Assembly: GCA_049606355.1 (NCBI GenBank)
Contig: JBMYVL010000009.1
Span: 1 to 32,000, forward strand
Direction: 5' to 3'
DNA from: Opitutales bacterium
GTDB lineage: Bacteria > Verrucomicrobiota > Verrucomicrobiia > Opitutales > Coraliomargaritaceae
Length of the DNA stretch: 32,000 nucleotides
Shown: positions 1 to 7,000 of the stretch, piece by piece
How positions within the stretch are numbered: the stretch's first letter is position 1
Layout: every line of letters starts with the position of its first letter
Notes under the pieces: generated by a model
What the model was told of the DNA's origin: nothing
Database searches by the model: none
Seen by the model: the letters and a program-made list of their open reading frames with translations, nothing else
Program-made: the position numbers and the translations under genes

Positions 1-779
1 GGCGCTAAGTTCTGATCGAGGTCCATGTGCTCGAGGTGGGCGCGCAGGTGGGTCTTATTGGTCGGGCGGTAGCTCAGCTCCACCGTGCCACCAGTTTTGT
101 TTGAGTATTCGTAAAGCTGGTCCAGGTCGCGCGACATATCCATGCCCATGAAGCGCACCGCCAAATCGTCGTTCACTACGTAGTTGGCGTCAAATTCACC
201 GCGCACATGGTTTTTGTTGCCAACGGTCCCTTTGATGCGAGTGAAGTCTTTATTGTGCTGCGCCATTTTCGGGACGCTGTTGATCAGACCGCCGGGATCT
301 GCCTGGCCATACATCAGGCTGTTCGCCCCTTTGACGATGTCGGCACGCTGAATATTGTAGCCGTCGCGCTCGAGTTCGCGCCAGAAGAGGTCATAGCGCT
401 GGGTCAGGCTGCGGAAGCCGCGAATGCGCAGGCGGTTTTCGGAGAAGCCATCGGGATCGCGGGATACACTGGCGGTCACTTGGTCCAGATCCTGGTCGTT
501 GAGGATGTTGAGGTCCTCCATGAGTTGCTCATTCACCACCGTGAGGGTGATCGGCGTGTTTTTCACCAATTCATTGGTGCGGGTCGCCGAGATCGAATTG
601 GCCGAGTAGTAGCCTTTGTCGTCTGCGGTGCTGACCACAAAATCATCCAGCACATACACTTCTTCGCTGGTGGGCGCAGGGCTCTCGCTCGGGGGGGGCG
701 TTGTGAGTTCCTGGGCGCTTGCGCTAGTAATGCTAGCTAAGCCCAGCAGGCTGAGCAGGTAGGGTAGGGTTCGGTTCAT
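1..779 (-). CDS. TonB-dependent outer-membrane receptor, N-terminal part. The gene continues past the left edge of the window.
   Basis: This ORF is absent from the supplied track because it has no stop inside the window. Reverse-complement translation from the ATG at 779..777 gives MNRTLPYLLSLLGLASITSASAQE, a signal peptide. It continues ...DDFVVSTADDKGYYSANSISATRTNELVKNTPITLTVV...RIRGF...IVKGANSLMYGQADPGGLIN, which are plug-domain signatures. The frame stays open to position 1. The + strand ORF 207..740 is its antisense shadow. Confidence 0.8.
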   Translation of the reverse strand, partial: MNRTLPYLLSLLGLASITSASAQELTTPPPSESPAPTSEEVYVLDDFVVSTADDKGYYSANSISATRTNELVKNTPITLTVVNEQLMEDLNILNDQDLDQVTASVSRDPDGFSENRLRIRGFRSLTQRYDLFWRELERDGYNIQRADIVKGANSLMYGQADPGGLINSVPKMAQHNKDFTRIKGTVGNKNHVRGEFDANYVVNDDLAVRFMGMDMSRDLDQLYEYSNKTGGTVELSYRPTNKTHLRAHLEHMDLDQNLA

Positions 780-992
780 ATCTGGGATCTCGATTTCGGT
801 TAATGAGGTTTATTAAAACTTTTAAACTTTGAGGCGACGCTGCTGAGTTGACAAGAAATTAAACATTAAGTACTCATAATTGTCAGTGGGCGCAGTACCC
901 GTTGTTTGACCCCGCAATGCAAGCTTTATGTGTGCGGCGGCGCCGCTAAGCTGCGTTTGCACAAACTTTTTAAAATCAACCAATCGTTATCC

Positions 993-1769
993 ATGTATCC
1001 AAAATACCTCCTTCTTCTCTTGATCACAGCGCAACTCGGTGCGCAATCTGCCTTGTACGAGGCCTTTGACACCGGCGAGGCGACGCGTGCTGACTGGCTC
1101 ACCGAGTGGCACCGCATGCAAGGCGTGGTCTCCGTGGTTCCGCAGGGGCTGGCCCTGGAGGGCTTGCCGGATCGCGGCGGTGCGCTGCAGCTGAGCAAAA
1201 AGGGGGAGGCACTCGCGCAGCACGGGGCGAGCATTGCCGGTACTTACTTTGGTGCTTTTCGAGTACAGGCGTCGGATTTGACTGACAACACCGTGCTGGG
1301 ACTGATGCTCAGCCGTGCCGCCAAAGTGGACGGCTTAAATCCCAAGACAGCGGCCATCAGTTTTTTGGTAAAGGGGTGGCAGACCAATTATGGTGTGCTG
1401 TTGATCGGTGGCCGCCCGATCAAGGCGACCGCAGGTGAGCCGATCGTACCCGGCGAGACTTACCTCGTCGTTTATCAAGTTGATCACAGTTCGTCCGGTA
1501 AGGCGCAGCTGTGGATTTTGAATGAGGCGCAGGCGGGCCATCACGCAGCGCAGGGCATTACTGCGGCGGCATTGAATGCGGCAGCACTGTCGGCAGAGGC
1601 CAGCGGTGTGATGCAGCGCGTGAGCGGCAAGATACAGAAGAAAAATCGCGTCGCGGTGATTAAGGGCGATGTCGTCGCATGTGTGGCAAAATACTGCCCG
1701 CAAGCAACGTTTGATGAAATCCGTATTTCGTCGGTCAGCCTGCAGGATGCAGTGGTCGCCGCTCAATAA
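993..1769 (+). CDS. Secreted hypothetical protein, possibly a concanavalin/LamG-like jelly-roll.
   Basis: The tracked ORF is 906..1769. The internal ATG at 993 gives MYPKYLLLLLITAQLGAQS, a canonical signal peptide. The mature protein begins LYEAFD and ends FDEIRISS, the same first-strand and last-strand pattern as the lectin-like modules at 4136 and 10162. It lies 23 nt upstream of the sulfatase gene and is probably co-transcribed with it. Confidence 0.6.
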   Translation: MYPKYLLLLLITAQLGAQSALYEAFDTGEATRADWLTEWHRMQGVVSVVPQGLALEGLPDRGGALQLSKKGEALAQHGASIAGTYFGAFRVQASDLTDNTVLGLMLSRAAKVDGLNPKTAAISFLVKGWQTNYGVLLIGGRPIKATAGEPIVPGETYLVVYQVDHSSSGKAQLWILNEAQAGHHAAQGITAAALNAAALSAEASGVMQRVSGKIQKKNRVAVIKGDVVACVAKYCPQATFDEIRISSVSLQDAVVAAQ

Positions 1770-1792
1770 TTGCTACGATTTATTTAACATAT

Positions 1793-3877
1793 ATGAACAC
1801 ACACCAATCCATCTCGTTTCTTCAGCGTCTACGCAATCACCTGAGCTGTAAGCCGATGCTGTGCGCAGTGGCTGCGCTGCTAGGCCTTGCGACTGTGACG
1901 ATCGCAGCGCAGCGCAGTGATGCCCAGCGCCCCGACATCGTCTTTATTTTATTGGATGATCTGCGCTGGGATGCGCTCAGTTTTATGGATCACCCCTATG
2001 TCGAGACGCCACATATCGACCGCCTGCGCGCGCAGGGTGCGATGATGCAAAATGCGTTTGTGACGACATCGATCTGCTGCCCCTCGCGCGCAACCTTTCT
2101 AACGGGTACGCTGGCCAACCAGCACGGGGTGATCGACAACGAGACCTCGGAGTATAATCCCACGGTTACGCCGCCGCTCACCAAGTACCTGCAGGAAGCC
2201 GGTTACCGCACGGCAATGATCGGCAAGTGGCACATGGGTAAGTCCGGTGCGCCGCGCCCGTACTTCGATTATTGGCTGAGCTTTAAAGGGCAGGGCGTTT
2301 ACAATGATCCGCTTTTCAACATTAACGGCGAAAAAATAAAACACAGTGGTTATACCACGGATTTGCTGACCGACTATGCGATCGATTTTATCGAGCAGCA
2401 GCCCTTGGATCAGCCTTACTTCTGTATGCTTTCCCACAAGGCGGTGCATGAACCCTTTCAACCGGCTCCACGCCACACCGATGCGTTTGGCGCGGCTACA
2501 GTGACGCCGGAACCGGCCAGTTGGTCCGAGGATTTTGCCGACAAGCCGGACTGGCACAAGCGCCAGCGCAGTCGTGATGTCCGCTGGCACTACCGTACCC
2601 GTGAGTATGAGACGGAGCAATTGCCTGACTCAGTGCCCCTCCAGCCATGGAAGTGGAACAACAAATATGTGAAGCAGTTGCGCTGCCTCGCCGCAGTCGA
2701 TGATGGAGTCGGCAAGGTGGTCGAAGCCTTGCGCCGGCGTGGTACGCTGGACAACACGCTCATCGTCTTCACCAGTGATAATGGCTATTTCCATCTGGAA
2801 CACCGCCGCTGGGATAAGCGCCTTGCGTACGAGGAGAGTTTGCGCATCCCGATGGTGGTCGTGTACCCCGGCCATATCGAAGCCGGCGCGTCGATCCCTC
2901 AGTTGATTACCAATGCTGACTTTGCCCCGACGGTTCTCGACTATGCCGGTGTGGCGATTCCGGAGCGCATGCAGGGCAGTAGTATGAAGCCGCTCTTCGA
3001 AGCGTCCGACCCGGAGTGGCGCGACTGCGTCTTCTATGAATATTGGAAGGAGTTGGTGCATGCCATCCCGGCGATGACCGCGGTCCGCACCGATCGCTAT
3101 AAGCTGATTAGCTTCCCTGAAATCGACGATATCGATGAGCTCTACGATCTGGAAAAGGATCCGCATGAAATGAATAATTTGGTGCTCGATCCCGCCCACG
3201 CAGACTTGTATCGCAGCATGCAGCAGCGCATGGCTGAGGAACGGGTGGCGAATCAGTGGCAGCAAAGAGTCTTTCCGAAAAATTTGCCCCGTGTGCGTGG
3301 TGTGGAAGGAGTTTTGCTGGATCTGGCGGTACAGGGCGATGCTGTGGTGGATCGCGCGGAGTCGGGGCTCGCTTTCAATGCTGAAGCGATCGACCTCCAG
3401 GATGATTGCCTGACGTTTGACGGTAAGCAGTCGGCAGTACGCGTTCCATTCCGTCCGCGGATCGATCCGGCCGCTTGGCCGTTTCAAATTGATGTGGAGC
3501 TCAAGCCGGAAGCCGACGGTGTGATTGCAGTACAGTCGACCCCGGGCTATGGCTATAAGCTGTTTGTGCAGGACGGTCGCCCGGGTGTCGCGGTTCATTG
3601 CAAAACTTGGATCGATACCACGACGGTCATTGATGCCCCGGATTCGATTTTGGGAAAGTGGACGCGCTTACAAGTGTCGATCGATTACAACCACTTGCAG
3701 TTGAAGGTAGATGGCAAAGTCGTCGAACAAGTCTCCTTGCCGCTGCCGTTCAAAGGATCGCCGAAGACGCCTCTTGTGCTCGGTAACAAAGGGCGTCATC
3801 CGGTCGCGAAGGGGATTCCCGATCATGCATTGGCAGGGTCGATTCGCTACTATCGTTTGACGCGGGGTAATCCTTAG
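1793..3877 (+). CDS. Cys-type sulfatase (S1 family) with a C-terminal LamG/concanavalin-like domain.
   Basis: - Sulfatase signatures are DIVFILLDDLRWD, SICCPSRATFLTG (the C-x-P-x-R formylglycine motif, Cys codon 2075..2077), IGKWHMG, and FTSDNGYFHLEHRRWDKRLAYEESLRIPMVV.
- The C-terminal ~170 aa (about 3370..3874) reads FDGKQSAVRVP...GKWTRLQVSIDYNHLQLKVDGK...GSIRYYRL, which is LamG-like.
- An alternative start at 1856 (MLCAVAALLGL...) is possible. Confidence 0.9.
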   Translation: MNTHQSISFLQRLRNHLSCKPMLCAVAALLGLATVTIAAQRSDAQRPDIVFILLDDLRWDALSFMDHPYVETPHIDRLRAQGAMMQNAFVTTSICCPSRATFLTGTLANQHGVIDNETSEYNPTVTPPLTKYLQEAGYRTAMIGKWHMGKSGAPRPYFDYWLSFKGQGVYNDPLFNINGEKIKHSGYTTDLLTDYAIDFIEQQPLDQPYFCMLSHKAVHEPFQPAPRHTDAFGAATVTPEPASWSEDFADKPDWHKRQRSRDVRWHYRTREYETEQLPDSVPLQPWKWNNKYVKQLRCLAAVDDGVGKVVEALRRRGTLDNTLIVFTSDNGYFHLEHRRWDKRLAYEESLRIPMVVVYPGHIEAGASIPQLITNADFAPTVLDYAGVAIPERMQGSSMKPLFEASDPEWRDCVFYEYWKELVHAIPAMTAVRTDRYKLISFPEIDDIDELYDLEKDPHEMNNLVLDPAHADLYRSMQQRMAEERVANQWQQRVFPKNLPRVRGVEGVLLDLAVQGDAVVDRAESGLAFNAEAIDLQDDCLTFDGKQSAVRVPFRPRIDPAAWPFQIDVELKPEADGVIAVQSTPGYGYKLFVQDGRPGVAVHCKTWIDTTTVIDAPDSILGKWTRLQVSIDYNHLQLKVDGKVVEQVSLPLPFKGSPKTPLVLGNKGRHPVAKGIPDHALAGSIRYYRLTRGNP

Positions 3878-3916
3878 GGTGCCTGCCGCTGCGTCGTTCT
3901 TTTTTAATTCATCCGT

Positions 3917-3945
3917 GCGACCGTTGCCGATTCGGCAACGGTCGC
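3917..3945. terminator. Perfect 13-bp stem / 3-nt loop hairpin downstream of the sulfatase gene. It may be a U-tract-less terminator or an RNA-stability element.
   Basis: The sequence is gcgaccgttgccg-att-cggcaacggtcgc. No T-tract follows it on either strand, though a T-run (3897..3905) precedes it on the + strand. Confidence 0.3.
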
Positions 3946-3973
3946 GATGGCCTTCGCCCGCCAAACGTCCCAT

Positions 3974-4003
3974 CGCAGTCACGCGACGGGGCGCAGTCAC
4001 GCG
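3974..4003. repeat. Direct 12-nt repeat cgcagtcacgcg, two copies 18 nt apart, upstream of the giant sulfatase gene. It is a candidate operator.
   Basis: The copies are at 3974..3985 and 3992..4003. The second copy runs into the perfect palindrome cacgcgtg. The repeat lies about 45 to 75 nt upstream of the ATG at 4049. Confidence 0.2.
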
Positions 4004-4048
4004 TGCAAAGTGCTTTGTTGGTAACCCGCCTACTACTTAAAAGCTAAA

Positions 4049-7000
4049 ATGATGCTCCAGCCCTTCTCCTTCTGCGTTGCGCTCGCCGCGCTGGCCGCCC
4101 TTGTTGTCGGGCGCCCAACGGCTTCGGCACAGGCAGTTCTCTTCAGCGATAATTTTGATTCCATCGTCAGCGCCGGATCTGACTATATCAGCGGCGCGGG
4201 AGAGTACTCCTACGGCTACGATTCTACGCCGAGTGGTTCTGCCACCAAGGCGATCAACTACGATCAATGGGCGCGCCAGGGGCAAAATTCGATCGCAAGC
4301 GATATCGATGGCGATGGTGATCGTGAGTTGCGACCCAATAAGGACGGGGCAAATAACGCCAAGCTGTGGGGTATTATTCTAAACCCCAGCCATTTCGCTG
4401 GCTATGGCGGGCAAACTTTAACCATCCGTATGGACTTGATTGGTGCGGATCCCGGGAATACGCGCATCTTTCTTGCCGCGGCCAACGGTTACGATGCCTC
4501 CGGTTCAAACACGCTCTTCATGGATGTAACCCAAGGTGGGTTCGGGACGTACACTTCAGCCTCAGGTACGGGGAGTACCACTGTAACTCAGCTGTTCGAA
4601 TATCAGATTCCGGATGAAACCGTTGGTGGATCCTGGAGCCGGGAGTTCACTTATACCGAAGGCGATGCCCTGATTTTGACCTTTGGTTCCTATAACTCAT
4701 CCTATGCCTTCGACAATTTGAGTATTAGCGACGCATCTGCGCCGCCACCACCGCCACCGCCACCGCCGCCGCCTGTTGATTTTGATCCGAATCCGGACGG
4801 TGGAGTGGAACCCGCGCCGCTACCGAGCCTGGATCCCGCACCGAATGTGGTGATCTTTATCGCCGACGATATGGGCATTGGCGACACCAGCGCGTACCAG
4901 GACTTGACGGGTAATGCCGATAGTGTGCAGATCGATACGCCCGAAATGGAGCGTCTGGCAAATCTGGGCACTCGTTTCACGGATGCCCACACCAATGGCG
5001 CGACCTGCAGCCCGACCCGGATCAGTCTGCTCTCGGGTACGTATTCCTTTCGCTCGCCTCTGAAGACGGCGGCAGTTCAGGACACGAACCACACGCACGG
5101 TGTGATCCTTCCGGGGCGCCGCACCACGATCGCTCATATGCTGCAGCGCGCCGGCTACCGTACCTATGGCTACGGCAAGTGGCACATGGCCCTCCGTGGT
5201 GATGCGGGGGCGGATACCAATAGCGATGGGATCCTGGATCAGACGGGCACGGGCATTGTTTACGAAGGTCCGATCGAGAGCGGCTTCGATACCTACACCG
5301 GTACGCCGGGTAACTTTAGCTACGCGGGCGCGATGCTGCAGGATAAGCAATACGTGCGATTCGGGAGTGCGGCTCCGAATGATTATTCGCTGGTGCCGAT
5401 CAACGATCCGAGTGCGCAGCCCTGGCTTGGCCAAGGGCCCAATCAGCCGACCGATCCGAATCTGTACAAGGTCCAGCCGGCCGTCTTTGAGAAGCTCCAA
5501 TCCGATCTCGCAAACCACATGGATTCGCAGGCTGACGAGCCCTTCTTTATCTATTATGCCTCACATTCGAATCACGACCCCTGGGTGCCGGCCAATTACG
5601 AGCCCGACCACCCCGACGGCCCGCGTGCCTCGCTCAATGACACCATCATCGATACGAATGTGACCAAGGCGGGCGGCATGATCGAGATTGCCACGGTTCC
5701 CGACAGCTCGGGGGATGGTATCCCCGATCCCGACTATTCGCTTTACGATGGCAACGGGACCTCTTGGATCTGGAACGATGCCCTGCGTGTTAAGATGTGG
5801 GATCATGTGACGGAGGTCGATGCGCAGGGGAACATCACTGTCAACGGCCCGACCAACCGCGCGATGATGGTGCAGGAAAATGATGTGATCGTGGGCTACC
5901 TGCTCGATTTCCTGGAGCAGACCGACGACCCGCGCAATCCGGGCCACAAGCTCATCGACAATACGATCTTTATCTTCACTTCGGACAACGGCGCGGATGC
6001 CAAGAGCGAAGCCGCTGTCGGTGCCTTGCCACAGAGTAGTGATGGCGTCATTACCGACCTGACTGGCTTTAAGGGCAGTCGCTGGGAGGGCGGTAGCCGG
6101 GTGCCGTTCATCGCGGCCTGGCCAAATCCGGCCGATGCCAATCAAGCCAGCGGTATTCCGGCCGGCGCCACCTCGTCGGCCATCTTTGGTCTCAATGATG
6201 TGTACGCCACGCTTGCCGAGGCGATCGGTCACCGACTGCATCCCGAGGAAGCGGTGGACAGTGAGTCTCTCCTGCCGGCCTGGACTGCTGGGCAGGGTGG
6301 TACGGTGCGTTCCACGGATCTGCTATCCAAGTTCCAGCAACGCATCTTTTCCCGACGCGGTGAGTTCAAGCTGGCGGCCCTCGATTCTGACTTTCCGGGC
6401 AGTTTAACGGTCGAGCAGGCCAGGCAGGACCGCTTCGCCGACAACAATGAGCTCGATTTCGATGACATGGTCATCGATACCGGGCAGTGGGCTCAGTATG
6501 TCCGCAAATTCGTCGACCTCTCGAATGACCTTAGCGAGTTGAACGATCTGGGTGCCACATCGATGGCCAATGACATGTTGGCGTCGCTGCAGACCCTGAC
6601 GACGCAAGGCTACAGCCGTGAGGGTGCGTCTGACTTTGAGAATGGGCTCAATTTTGAAGGGGGTGACTTGCAGACCGCTTCCAACTGGCACGCCTACAAG
6701 TCTTCCCGAAACGATCAACTGCCCAGCGGTGAAACCCCCGGCATTCTTGCCGAGGATGGCAGTGCCAGCGGCGACCTGAACGCGCTGACATTGGTGCACC
6801 GCGCGGGGACGCTGAGCTACAATCCGGGCACCAGTGGAGGCTTGAGCAATAGTCATTACGAACTCGATGGTGGCAGGCTGAATGTGAGCGACGACCTGCG
6901 CCTGAGCAACGCGCGCATGGAGCTCTACCGCGGCCAAGTCAACTTGGGCTTTAACGAACTCCAACTCACGGGCAGTAACGCGGTGGTGATTCTCTCAGGT

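Noticed and set aside
207-740. A 177-aa + strand ORF at the left edge of the window.
   Set aside because: It is the antisense shadow of the TonB-dependent receptor gene (1..779, minus strand). Its translation is low-complexity, rich in Val, Ala, Gly and Arg, with no recognisable motif. The minus-strand frame has clear plug-domain signatures.
906-992. The upstream 29 codons of the tracked ORF 906..1769 (MTPQCKLYVCGGAAKLRLHKLFKINQSLS).
   Set aside because: A canonical signal peptide begins at the internal ATG at 993, and the upstream part lies in the AT-rich promoter region.
2630-3598. A 322-aa minus-strand ORF inside the first sulfatase gene. The other long antisense ORFs belong in the same class: 2099..2620, 4820..5518, 5561..6241, 6404..6964, 7223..7987, 8753..9439, 13106..13588, 19503..20138, 26146..26856 and 31090..31917.
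   Set aside because: All lie fully inside strongly supported genes on the opposite strand. They have Arg-, Ala-, Gly- and His-rich compositions typical of antisense frames in GC-rich DNA, and they show no motifs.
4702-4995. A minus-strand ORF containing a GGGGGGGGGGG run.
   Set aside because: It is the reverse-complement reading of the (CCN)11 proline tract of the giant sulfatase gene, so it is an artefact.
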